64,000 nt of DNA. Source: Eledone cirrhosa (taxonomy: Eukaryota). The stretch's first letter is position 1, and each line of letters begins with the position of its first letter. This document shows positions 33,101-45,200 of the stretch, piece by piece. A program made the position numbers and the translations under genes. Under the pieces are notes generated by a model that was not told the origin of the DNA, made no database searches, and saw nothing but the letters and a program-made list of their open reading frames with translations. The stretch spans positions 184,760,001-184,824,000 of the forward strand of contig OZ024742.1 of the NCBI GenBank assembly GCA_964016885.1, read 5' to 3'.

Positions 33101-36100
33101 TTGGGATTAAGTTAAGTTGGGGTCAAGTTAAGTTGGGGTTAAGTTAAGTTGGGGTTAAGTTAAGTTGGGGTTAAGTTAAGTCGGGGTTAAGTTAAGTTGG
33201 GGTTAAGTTAAGTTGGGGTTAAGTTAAGTTGGGGTCAAGTTAAGTTGGGGTTAAGTTAAGTTGGGGTTAAGTTAAGTTGGGGTTAAGTTAAGTCGCGGTT
33301 AGTTAAGTTGGGGTTAAGTTAAGATGGGGTTAATTTAAGTTGTGGTTAAGTTAAGTTGGGGTTAAGCTAAGTTGGGGTTAAGTTAAGTTGCGGTTGAGTT
33401 AAGTTAGGTTTGAGTTAATTGGGGTTAAGTTAAGTTGGGGCTAAGTTAAGTTGGGGCTAAGTTAAGTTGGGGCTAAGTTAAGTTGGGGTTAAGTTAAGGT
33501 GGGGTTTAGTTAAGTTGGGGTTGAGTTAAGTTGGGGTTGAGTTAAGTTGGGGTTAAGTTAAGTTGGGGTTAAGTTAAGTTAGGGTTAACTTAAGTTGGGG
33601 TTAAGTTAAGTTTAGGTTAACTTAAGTTGGGGTTAAGTTAAGTTGGGGTTAAGTTAAGTTGGGGCTAAGTTAAGTTGGGGCTAAGTTAAGTTGGGGCTAA
33701 GTTAAGTTGGGGTTAAGTTAAGGTGGGGTTTAGTTAAGTTGGGGTTGAGTTAAGTTGGGGTTGAGTTAAGTTAGGGTTAAGTTAAGTTGGGGTTAAGTTA
33801 AGTTAGGGTTAACTTAAGTTGGGGTTAAGTTAAGTTGGGGTTGAGTTAAGTTGGGGTTTAATTAAGTTGGGGTTGAGTTAAGTTGGGGTTGAGTTAAGTT
33901 GGGCTTGAGTTAAGTTGGGGTTGAGTTAAGTTGGGCTTATCTTAAGTTGGGGTTAATTTAAGATGGGGTTAGGTTAAGTTGGGGTTAAGTTAATTTGGGG
34001 TTAAGTTAAGTTGGGGTTAAGTTAAGTTGGGGTTATGTTAAGTTGGGGTTAAGTTAAGTTGAGGTTAACTTAAGTTGGGGTTAAGTTAAGTTGGGGTTAA
34101 GTTAAGTTGGGGCTAAGTTAAGTTGGGGCTAAGTTAAGTTGGGGTTAAGTTAAGTTGGGGTTAAGTTAAGTTGGGGTCAACTTAAGTTGGGGCTAAGTTA
34201 AGTTGGGGTTAAGTTAAGTTGGGGCTAAGTTAAGTTGGAGTTAAGTTAAGTTGGGGTTAAATTAAGTTGGGGTCAACGTAAGTTGGGGTTAAGTTAAGTT
34301 GGGGTTAAGTTAATTTGGGGGTAAGTTAAGTTGGGGTTAAGTTAAGTTGGGGTTAAGTTAAGTTGGGGTTAAGTTAAGTTGGGGCTGAGTTAAATTGGGG
34401 CTGTGTTAAGTTGGGGTTAAGTTAAGTTGGGGTTAAGTTAAGTTGGGGTTAAGTTAAGTTGGGGTTAAGTTAAGTTGGGGTTAAGTTGGGGTTAAATTAA
34501 GTTGGGGTTAATTTAAGTTGGGGTTAAGTTAAGTTGGGTTTAGGTTAAGTTGGGGTTGAGTTAAGTTGGGGTTAATTTAAGTTGGGGTTAAGTTAAGTTG
34601 GGGTTAAGATAAGTTGGGGTTAAGTTAAGTTGGGGTTGAGTTAAGTTGGGGTTGAGTTAATTTGGGGTTAAGTTAAGTTGGGGTTAACTTAAGTTGGGGT
34701 TCAGTTAAGTTGGCGTTCAGTTAAGTTGCGGTGAAGTTAAGTTGGGGTTAACTTAAGTCGGGGTTAAGTTAAGTTGGGGTCAAGTTAAGTTGGGGTCAAG
34801 TTAAGTTGGGGTTAAGTTAAGTTGGGGTTATGTTAAGTTGGGGTTAAGTTAAGTTGGGGTTAAGTTAAGTCGGGGTTAAGTTAAGTTGGGGTTAAGTTAA
34901 GTTGGGGATAAGTTAAGTTGGGGTCAAGTTAAGTTGGGGTTAAGTTAAGTTGGGGTTAAGTTAAGTCGCGGTTAAGTTAAGTTGGGGTTAAGTTAAGATG
35001 GGGTTAAGTTAAGTTGGGGTTAAGTTAAGTTGGGGTTAAGATAAGTTGGGGTTAAGTTAAGTTGGGGTTGAGTTAAGTTGGGGTTGAGTTAATTGGGGTT
35101 AAGTTAAGTTGGGGTTAACTTAAGTTGGGTTTAAGTTAAGTCGCGGTTAAGTTAAGTTGGGGTTAAGTTAAGATGGGGTTAAGTTAAGTTGGGGTTAAGT
35201 TAAGTTGGGGTTAAGATAAGTTGGGGTTAAGTTAAGTTGGGGTTGAGTTAAGTTGGGGTTGAGTTAATTGGGGTTAAGTTAAGTTGGGGTTAACTTAAGT
35301 TGGGTTTAAGTTAAGTTGGGGTTAAGTTAAGTTGGGGTTAAATTAAGTTGGGGTTAAGATAAGTTGGGGTTAAGTTAAGTCGGGGTTAAGTTAAGTCGGG
35401 GTTAAGTTAAGTTGGGGTTAAGTTAACTTGGTGTTAAGTTAAGTTGGGGCTCAGTTAAGTTGGGGTTGAGTTAAGTTGGGGTCAATTTAAGTTGGGACTA
35501 AGCTAAGTTGGGGTTAAGTTAAGTTGGGGTTAAGTTAAGTTGGCGCTAAGTTTAGTGAAGGTTAAGTTAAGTTGGGGTTGAGTTAAGTTGGGGTTAAGTT
35601 AAGTTGGGGTTAAGTTAAGTTAGGGTTAAGTTAAGCTTGGGTTAAGTTAAGTTGGGGTTGAGTTAATTTGGGGTTGAGTTAAGTTGGGGTTGAGTTAAGT
35701 TGGGGTTGAGTTAAGTTGGGGTTAAGTTAAGTTGGGGTTAACTTAAGTTGGTGTTAAGTTAAGTTGGGGTCAATTTAAGTTGAGGTTAAGTTAACTTGGG
35801 ATTAAGTTAAGTTGGGGTTAACTTAAATTGAGGTTAAGATAAGTTGGGGTTAAGTTAAGTTGGGGGTAAGTTAAGTTGGGGGTAAGTTAAGTTTGGGTTA
35901 AGTTGGGGTTAAGTTAAGTTAGGGTTAAGTTACGTTGGGGTTGAGTTAAGTTGGGGTTAATTTAAATTGGGGTTAAGTTAACTTTGTGGTTCAGTTAAGT
36001 TGGGGTTAAGTTAAGTTGGGGCTTATTTAAGTTGGGGTTAAGTTAAGTTGTGGTTAAGTTAAGTTGGGGTTAAGTTAAGTTGGGGTTAAGTTAAGTTGGG

Positions 36101-38300
36101 GTTAAGTTAAGTTGGGGTTAAATTAAGCTGGGTTGAAGTTAAGTTGGGGTTAAGTTAAGTTGGGGTTAAGTTAAGTTGGGGTTAAGTTAAGTTGGGGTTA
36201 AGTTAAGTCGGGGTTAAGTTAATTTGGGGTTCAGTTAAGTTGGGGTTAAGTTAAGTTGGGGCTTATTTAAGTTGGGGTTAAGTTAAGTTGTGGTTAAGTT
36301 AAGTTGGGGTTAAGTTAAGTCGGGGTTAAGTTAAGTCGGGGTTAAGTTATAATGTGGTTAAGTTAAGTTGGGGTTAAGTTAAGTTGGGGTTAAGTTAAGT
36401 TAGGGATAAGCTAAGTTGGCGTTAAGTTAAGTTGGGGTTAAGTTAAGTTGGGGTTAAGTTAAGTTGAGGTTAAGTTAAGTTGGGGTTAAATTCAGTTGGG
36501 GTTAACTTAAGTTGTGGTAAAGTTAAGTTGGGGTTAAGTTAAGTTGGGGTTAAGTTAAGTTGGGGTTCAGTTAAGTTGGGGTTAAGTTAAGTAGGGGTTC
36601 AGTTGGGGTTAAATTAAGTTGGGGTTAAGTTAAGTTGGGGTTAAGTTAAGTTGGGGTTAAGTTAAGTTGGGGTTAAGTTAAGTTGGGGTTGAGTTAAGTT
36701 GGGGTTAAGTTAAGTCGGGGTTAAGTTAAGTTGGGGTTAAGTTAAGTTGGGGTTAAGCTAAGTTGGGGTTAAGTTAAGTTGGGGTTGAGTTAAGTTGGGG
36801 TTAAGTTAAGTTGGGTTTAAGTTAAGTTGGGGTTAAGTTAAGTTGGGGTTAAGTTAAGGTGGGGTTAAGTTAAGTTGGGGTTAAGTTAAGTCGGGGTTAA
36901 GTTAAGTTGGGGTTAAGTTAAGTTGGGGTTAAGTTAAGTTGGGGTTAAGTTAAGTTCGGGTTAAGATAAGTTGGGGTTAAGTTAAGTTGGGGTTGAGTTA
37001 AGTTGGGGTTGAGTTAATTTGGGGTTAAGTTAAGTTGGGGTTAACTTAAGTTGGGGTTAAGTTAAGTTGGCGTTCAGTTAAGTTGCGGTTAAGTTAAGTT
37101 GGGGTTAACTTAAGTCGGGTTTAAGTTAAGTTGGGGTTAAGTTAAGTTGGGGTCAAGTTAAGTTGGGGTTAAGTTAAGTTGGGGTTAAGTTAAGTTGGGG
37201 TTAAGTTAAGTCGGGGTTAAGTTAAGTTGGGGTTAAGTTAATTGGGGTTAAGTTAAGTTGGGGTCAAGTTAAGTTGGGGTTAAGTTAAGTTAGGGTTAAG
37301 TTAAGCTTGGGTTAAATTAAGTTGGGGTTGAGTTAATTTGGGGTTGAGTTAAGTTGGGGTTGAGTTAAGTTGGGGTTGAGTTAAGTTGGGGTTAAGTTAA
37401 GTTGGGGTTAACTTAAGTTGGGGTTAAGTTAAGTTGGGGTCAATTTAAGTTGAGGTTAAGTTAACTTGGGATTAAGTTAAGTTGGGGTTAACTTAAATTG
37501 AGGTTAAGTTAAGTTGGGGTTAAGTTAAGTTGGGGGTAAGTTAAGTTGGGGGTAAGTTAAGTTTGGGTTAAGTTGGGGTTAAGTTAAGTTAGGGTTAAGT
37601 TACGTTGGGGTTGAGTTAAGTTGGGGTTAATTTAAATTGGGGTTAAGTTAACTTTGTGGTTAAGTTAAGTTGGGGTTAAGTTAAGTTGAGGTTAAGTTAA
37701 TTTGAGGTTAAGTTAAGTTGGGGTTAAGTTAAGTTGGGGTTAAATTAAGCTGGGTTGAAGTTAAGTTGGGGTTAAGTTAAGTTGGGGTTAAGTTAAGTTG
37801 GGGTTGAGTTAAGTTGGGGTTAAGTTAAGTTGGGTTTAAGTTAATTTGAGGTTAAGTTAAGTTGGGGTTAAGTTAAGTCGGGGTTAAGTTAAGTTGGGGT
37901 TAAGTTAAGTAGGGGTTAAGTTAAGTTGGGGTCAAGTTAAGTTGGGGTTAAGTTAAGTTGGGGTTAAGTTAAGTTGGGGTTAAGTTAAGTCGCGGTTAGT
38001 TAAGTTGGGGTTAAGTTAAGATGGGGTTAAGTTAAGTTGTGGTTAAGTTAAGTTGGGGTTAAGATAAGTTGGGGTTAAGTTAAGTTGCGGTTGAGTTAAG
38101 TTAGGGTTGAGTTAATTGGGGTTAAGTTAAGTTGGGGCTAAGTTAAGTTGGGGCTAAGTTAAGTTGGGGCTAAGTTAAGTTGGGGTTAAGTTAAGTTGGG
38201 GTTGAGTTAAGTTGGGGTTAAGTTAAGTTGGGGTTAAGTTAAGTTAGGGTTAACTTAAGTTGGGGTTAAGTTAAGTTTAGGTTAACTTAAGTTGGGGTTA
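15200..38300 (+). repeat. Series of ~6.1-6.7-kb higher-order repeat copies in the satellite
   Basis: GTTCAATTAAGTTGCGG at 16541/23198 (6657). TTATGATAAG at ~19979, 26128 and 32787. Private ATAATGTGG at 29691/36349 (6658). GGGATAAGCTAAGTTGGCG at 18621, 24706, ~29745 and ~36403. Confidence 0.85.
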
Positions 38301-41300
38301 AGTTAATTTGGGGTTAAGTTAAGTTGGGGCTAAGTTAAGTTGGGGCTAAGTTAAGTTGGGGCTAAGTTAAGTTGGGGTTAAGTTAAGGTGGGGTTTAGTT
38401 AAGTTGGGGTTGAGTTAAGTTGGGGTTGAGTTAAGTTGGGGTTAAGTTAAGTTGGGGTTAAGTTAAGTTAGGGTTAACTTAAGTTGGGGTTAATTTAAGT
38501 TGGGGTTGAGTTAAGTTGGGGTTTAATTAAGTTGGGGTTGAGTTAAGTTGGGGTTGAGTTAAGTTGGGCTTGAGTTAAGTTGGGGTTGAGTTAAGTTGGG
38601 CTTATCTTAAGTTGGGGTTAATTTAAGATGGGGTTAAGTTAAGTTGGGGTTAAGTTAATTTGGGGTTAAGTTAAGTTGGGGTTAAGTTAATTTGGGGTTA
38701 AGTTAAGTTGGGGCTAAGTTAAGTTGGGGTTAAGTTAATTTGGGGTTAAGTTAAGTTGGGGTTAAGTTAAGTTGGGGTTATGTTAAGTTGGGGTTAAGTT
38801 AAGTTGAGGTTAACTTAAGTTGGGGTTAAGTTAAGTTGGGGTTAAGTTAAGTTGGGGCTAAGTTAAGTTGGGGCTAAGTTAAGTTGGGGTTAAGTTAAGT
38901 TGGGCTTAAGTTAAGTTGGGGTCAACTTAAGTTGGGGCTAAGTTAAGTTGGGGTTAAGTTAAGTTGGGGCTAAGTTAAGTTGGAGTTAAGTTAAGTTGGG
39001 GTTAAATTAAGTTGGGGTCAACGTAAGTTGGGGTTGAGTTAAGTTGGGGTTAAGTTAATTTGGGGGTAAGTTAAGTTGGGGTTAAGTTAAGTTGGGGTTA
39101 AGTTAAGTTGGGGTTAAGTTAAGTTGGGGCTGAGTTAAATTGGGGCTGTGTTAAGTTGGGGTTAAGTTAAGTTGGGGTTAAGTTAAGTTGGGGTTAAGTT
39201 AAGTTGGGGTTAAGTTGGGGTTAAATTAAGTTGGGGTTAATTTAAGTTGGGGTTAAGTTAAGTTGGGTTTAGGTTAAGTTGGGGTTGAGTTAAGTTGGGG
39301 TTAAGTTAAGTTGGGGTTAATTTAAGTTGGGGTTAAGTTAAGTTGGGGCTGAGTTAAGTTGGGGTTAAGTTAAGTTGGGGTTGAGTTAAGTTGGGGTTAA
39401 GTTAAGTTGGGGTTAAGTTAAGTCGGGGTTAAGTTAAGTTGGGATTAAGTTAAGTTGGGGTTCAGTTAAGTTGCGGTGAAGTTAAGTTGGGGTTAACTTA
39501 AGTCGGGGTTAAGTTAAGTTTGGGTTAAGTTAAGTTGGGGTCAAGTTAAGTTGGGGTTAAGTTAAGTTGGGGTTATGTTAAGTTGGGGTTAAGTTAAGTT
39601 GGGGTTAAGTTAAGTCGGGGTTAAGTTAAGTTGGGGTTAAGTTAAGGTGGGGTTAAGTTAAGTTGGGGTCAAGTTAAGTTGGGGTTAAGTTAAGTTGGGG
39701 TTAAGTTAAGTCGCGGTTAAGTTAAGTTGGAGTTAAGTTAAGATGGGGTTAAGTTAAGTTGGGGTTAAGTTAAGTTGGGGTTAAGATAAGTTGGGGTTAA
39801 GTTAAGTTGGGGTTGAGTTAAGTTGGGGTTGAGTTAATTGGGGTTAAGTTAAGTTGGGGTTAACTTAAGTTGGGTTTAAGTTAAGTTGGGGTTAAGTTAA
39901 GTTGGGGTTAAATTAAGTTGGGGTTAAGATAAGTTGGGGTTAAGTTAAGTCGGGGTTAAGTTAAGTCGGGGTTAAGTTAAGTTGGGGTTAAGTTAACTTG
40001 GTGTTAAGTTAAGTTGGGGCTCAGTTAAGTTGGGGTTGAGTTAAGTTGGGGTCAAGTTAAGTTGGGACTAAGCTAAGTTGGGGTTAAGTTAAGTTGGGGT
40101 TAAGTTAAGTTGGCGCTAAGTTTAGTGAAGGTTAAGTTAAGTTGGAGTTGAGTTAAGTTGGGGTTAAGTTAAGTTGGGGTTAAGTTAAGTTAGGGTTAAG
40201 TTAAGCTTGGGTTAAGTTAAGTTGGGGTTGAGTTAATTTGGGGTTGAGTTAAGTTGGGGTTGAGTTAAGTTGGGGTTGAGTTAAGTTGGGGTTAAGTTAA
40301 GTTGGGGTTAACTTAAGTTGGGGTTAAGTTAAGTTGGGGTCAATTTAAGTTGAGGTTAAGTTAACTTGGGATTAAGTTAAGTTGGGGTTAAATTAAATTG
40401 AGGTTAAGTTAAGTTGGGGTTAAGTTAAGTTGGGGGTAAGTTAAGTTGGGGGTAAGTTAAGTTTGGGTTAAGTTGGGGTTAAGTTAAGTTAGGGTTAAGT
40501 TACGTTGGGGTTGAGTTAAGTTGGGGTTAATTTAAATTGGGGTTAAGTTAACTTTGTGGTTCAGTTAAGTTGGGGTTAAGTTAAGTTGGGGCTTATTTAA
40601 GTTGGGGTTAAGTTAAGTTGTGGTTAAGTTAAGTTGGGGTTAAGTTAAGTTGGGGTTAAGTTAAGTTGGGGTTAAGTTAAGTTGGGGTTAAATTAAGCTG
40701 GGTTGAAGTTAAGTTGGGGTTCAGTTAAGTTGGGGTTAAGTTAAGTTGGGGTTAAGTTAAGTTGGGGTTAAGTTAAGTCGGGGTTAAGTTAATTTGGGGT
40801 TCAGTTAAGTTGGGGTTAAGTTAAGTTGGGGCTTATTTAAGTTGGGGTTAAGTTAAGTTGTGGTTAAGTTAAGTTGGGGTTAAGTTAAGTCGGGGTTAAG
40901 TTAAGTCGGGGTTAAGTTAAGTTGTGGTTAAGTTAAGTTGGGGTTAAGTTAAGTTGGGGTTAAGTTAAGTTAGGGATAAGCTAAGTTGGCGTTAAGTTAA
41001 GTTGGGGTTAAGTTAAGTTGGGGTTAAGTTAAGTTGTGGTTAAGTTAAGTTGGGGCTGAGTTAAGTTGGGGTCAAGTTAAGTTGGGGTTGAGTTAAGTTG
41101 GGGTTAAGTTAACTTGGGGTTAATTTAAGTTGGGGTTAAGTCAAATTGGGTTTGAGTTAAGTTAGGGTTAAGTTAAGTTGGGGTTAAGTTAAGTTGGGGT
41201 TAAGTTAAGTTGGGGTTAAGTTAAGTTGGGGTTAAATTAAGCTGGGTTTAAGTTAAGTTGGGGTTAAGTTAAGTTGGGGTTAAGTTAAGTTGGGGTTAAG

Positions 41301-42224
41301 TTAAGTTGAGGTTAAGTTAAGTTGGGGTTAAGTTAAGTTGGGGATAAGTTAAGTTGAGTTTAAGTTAAGTTGGAGTTAATTTAAGTTGAGGTTAAGTTAA
41401 GTTGTGGTAAAGTTAAGTTGGGGTTAAGTTAAGTTGGGGTTAAGTTAAGTTGGGGTTCAGTTAAGTTGGGGTTAAGTTAAGTAGGGGTTCAGTTGGGGTT
41501 AAATTAAGTTGGGGTTAAGTTAAGTTGGGGTTAAGTTAAGTTGGGGTTAAGTTAAGTTGGGGTTGAGTTAAGTTGGGGTTAAGTTAAGTCGGGGTTAAGT
41601 TAAGTTGTGGTTAAGTTAAGTTGTGGTTAAGTTAAGTTGGGGTTAAGTTAAGTTGGGGTTGAGTTAAGTTGGGGTTAAGTTAAGTTGGGTTTAAGTTAAG
41701 TTGGGGTTAAGTTAAGTTGGGGTTAAGTTAAGGTGGGGTTAAGTTAAGTTGGGGTTAAGTTAAGTCGGGGTTAAGTTAAGTTGGGGTTAAGTTAAGTTGG
41801 GGTTAAGTTAAGTTGGGGTTAAGTTAAGTTCGGGTTAAGATAAGTTGGGGTTAAGTTAAGTTGGGGTTGAGTTAAGTTGGGGTTGAGTTAATTTGGGGTT
41901 AAGTTAAGTTGGGGTTAACTTAAATTGGGGTTAAGTTAAGTTGGCGTTCAGTTAAGTTGCGGTTAAGTTAAGTTGGGGTTAACTTAAGTCGGGTTTAAGT
42001 TAAGTTGGGGTTAAGTTAAGTTGGGGTCAAGTTAAGTTGGGGTTAAGTTAAGTTGGAGTTAAGTTAAGTTGGGGTTAAGTTAAGTCGGGGTTAAGTTAAG
42101 TTGGGGTTAAGTTAAGTTGGGGTTAAGTTAAGTTGGGGTCAAGTTAAGTTGGGGTTAAGTTAAGTTGGGGTTAATTTAAGTTGGGGTTAAGTTAAGTCGC
42201 GGTTAAGTTAAGTAGGGGTTAAGT

Positions 42225-45200
42225 TAAGATGGGGTTAAGTTAAGTTGTGGTTAATTTAAGTTGGGGTTAAGATAAGTTGGGGTTAAGTTAAGTTGCGGTT
42301 GAGTTAAGTTGGGGTTGAGTTAATTGGGGTTAAGTTAAGTTGGGGTTAACTTAAGTTGGGTTTAAGTTAAGTTGGGGTTAAGTTAAGTTGGGGTTAAATT
42401 AAGTTGGGGTTATGATAAGTTGGGGTTAAGTTAAGTCGGGGTTAAGTTATGTCGGGGTTAAGTTAAGTTGGGGTTAAGTTAACTTGGTGTTAAGTTAAGT
42501 TGGGGTTCAGTTAAGTTGGGGTTGAGTTAAGTTGGGGGTCAAGTTAAGTTGGGGTTAAGCTAAGTTGGGGTTAAGTTAAGTTGGGGTTAATTTAAGTTTT
42601 GGTTAAGTTAAGTTGGGGCTGAGTTAAGTTGGGGTCAAGTTAAGTTGGGGTTGAGTTAAGAAGGGGTTAAGTTAACTTGGGGTTAAGTTAACTTGGGGTT
42701 AAGTTAAGTTGGGGTTAAGTTAAGTTGGGGTTAAGTTAAGTTGGGGTTAAGATAAGTTGGGGTTAAGTTAAGTTGGGGTTGAGTTAAGTTGGGGTTGAGT
42801 TAATTTGGGGTTAAGTTAAGTTGGGGTTAACTTAAGTTGGGGTTCAGTTAAGTTGGCGTTCAGTTAAGTTGCGGTGAAGTTAAGTTGGGGTTAACTTAAG
42901 TCGGGGTTAAGTTAAGTTGGGGTTAAGTTAAGTTGGGGTCAAGTTAAGTTGGGGTTAAGTTAAGTTGGGGTTATGTTAAGTTGGGGTTAAGTTAAGTTGG
43001 GGTTAAGTTAAGTCGGGGTTAAGTTAAGTTGGGGTTAAGTTAAGTTGGGGTTAAGTTAAGTTGGGGTCAAGTTAAGTTGGGGTTAAGTTAAGTTGGGGTT
43101 AAGTTAAGTCGCGGTTAAGTTAAGTTGGGGTTAAGTTAAGATGGGGTTAAGTTAAGTTGGGGTTAAGTTAAGTTGGGGTTAAGATAAGTTGGGGTTAAGT
43201 TAAGTTGGGGTTGAGTTAAGTTGGGGTTGAGTTAATTGGGGTTAAGTTAAGTTGGGGTTAACTTAAGTTGGGTTTAAGTTAAGTTGGCGTTAAGTTAAGT
43301 TGGGGTTAAATTAAGTTGGGGTTAAGATAAGTTGGGGTTAAGTTAAGTCGGTGTTAAGTTAAGTCGGGGTTAAGTTAAGTTCGGGTTAAGTTAACTTGCT
43401 GTTAAGTTAAGTTGGGGCTCAGTTACGTTGGGGTTGAGTTAAGTTGGGGTCAAGTTAAGTTGGGACTAAGCTAAGTTGGGGTTAAGTTAAGTTGGGGTTA
43501 AGTTAAGTTGGCGCTAAGTTAAGTGAAGGTTAAGTTAAGTTGGGGTTGAGTTAAGTTGGGGTTAAGTTAAGTTGGGGTTGAGTTAAGTTGGGGTTGAGTT
43601 AAGTTGGGGTTGAGTTAAGTTGGGGTTACGTTAAGTTGGGGTTAAGTTAAGTTGGGGTTAAGTTAAGTTTAGGTTAACTTAAGTTGGGGTTAAGTTAAGT
43701 TGGGGTTAAGTTAAGTTGGGACTAAGTTAAGTTGGGGCTAAGTTAAGTTGGAGCTAAGTTAAGTTGGGGTTAAATTAAGGTGGGGTTTAGTTAAGTTGGG
43801 GTTGAATTAAGTTGGGGTTGAGTTAAGTTGGGGTTAAGTTAAGTTGGGGTTAAGTTAAGTTAGGGTTAACTTAAGTTGGGGTTAAGTTAAGTTGGGGTTG
43901 AGTTAAGTTGGGGTTTAATTAAGTTGGGGTTGAGTTAAGTTGGGGTTGAGTTAAGTTGGGCTTGAGTTAAGTTGGGGTGGAGTTAAGTTGGGCTTATCTT
44001 AAGTTGGGGTTAATTTAAGATGGGGTTAATTTAAGTTGGGGTTAAGTTAATTTGGGGTTATGTTAAGTTGGGGCTAAGTTAAGTTGGGGCTAAGTTAAGT
44101 TGGGGTTAAGTTAAGTTGGGGTTAAGTTAAGTTGGGGTCAACTTAAGTTGGGGCTAAGTTAAGTTGGGGTTAAGTTAAGTTGCGGCTAAGTTAAGTTGGG
44201 GTTAAGTTAAGTTGGGGTTAAATTAAGTTGGGGTCAACGTAAGTTGGGGTTAAGTTAAGTTGGGGTTAAGTTAATTTGGGGGTAAGTTAAGTTGGGGTTA
44301 AGTTAAGTTGGGGTTAAGTTAAGTTGGGGTTAAGTTAAGTTGGGGCTGAGTTAAGTTGGGGCTGTGTTAAGTTGGGGTTAAGTTAAGTTGGGGTTAAGTT
44401 AAGTTGGGGTTAAGTTGGGGTTAAATTAAGTTGGGGTTAATTTAAGTTGGGGTTAAGTTAAGTTGGGTTTAGGTTAAGTTGGGGTTGAGTTAAGTTGGGG
44501 TTAAGTTAAGTTGGGGTTAATTTAAGTTGGGGTTAAGTTAAGTTGGGGCTGAGTTAAGTTGGGGTTAAGTTAAATTGGGGTTGAGTTAAGTTGGGGTTAA
44601 GTTAAGTTGGGGTTAAGTTAAGTCGGGGTTAAGTTAAGTTGGGGTTAAGTTAAGTTGGGGTTAAGTTAAGTTGGGGTTAAGTTAAGTTGGGGTTAAGTTA
44701 AGTTGGGGTTAAGATAAGTTGGGGTTAAGTTAAGTTGGGGTTGAGTTAAGTTGGGGTTGAGTTAATTTGGGGTTAAGTTAAGTTGGGGTTAACTTAAGTT
44801 GGGGTTCAGTTAAGTTGGCGTTCAGTTAAGTTGCGGTGAAGTTAAGTTGGGGTTAACTTAAGTCGGGGTTAAGTTAAGTTGGGGTTAAGTTAAGTTGGGG
44901 TCAAGTTAAGTTGGGGTTAAGTTAAGTTGGGGTTATGTTAAGTTGGGGTTAAGTTAAGTTGGGGTTAAGTTAAGTCGGGGTTAAGTTAAGTTGGGGTTAA
45001 GTTAAGTTGGGGTTAAGTTAAGTTGGGGTCAAGTTAAGTTGGGGTTAAGTTAAGTTGGGGTTAAGTTAAGTCGCGGTTAAGTTAAGTTGGGGTTAAGTTA
45101 AGATGGGGTTAAGTTAAGTTGGGGTTAAGTTAAGTTGGGGTTAAGATAAGTTGGGGTTAAGTTAATTTGGGGTTGAGTTAAGTTGGGGTTGAGTTAATTG

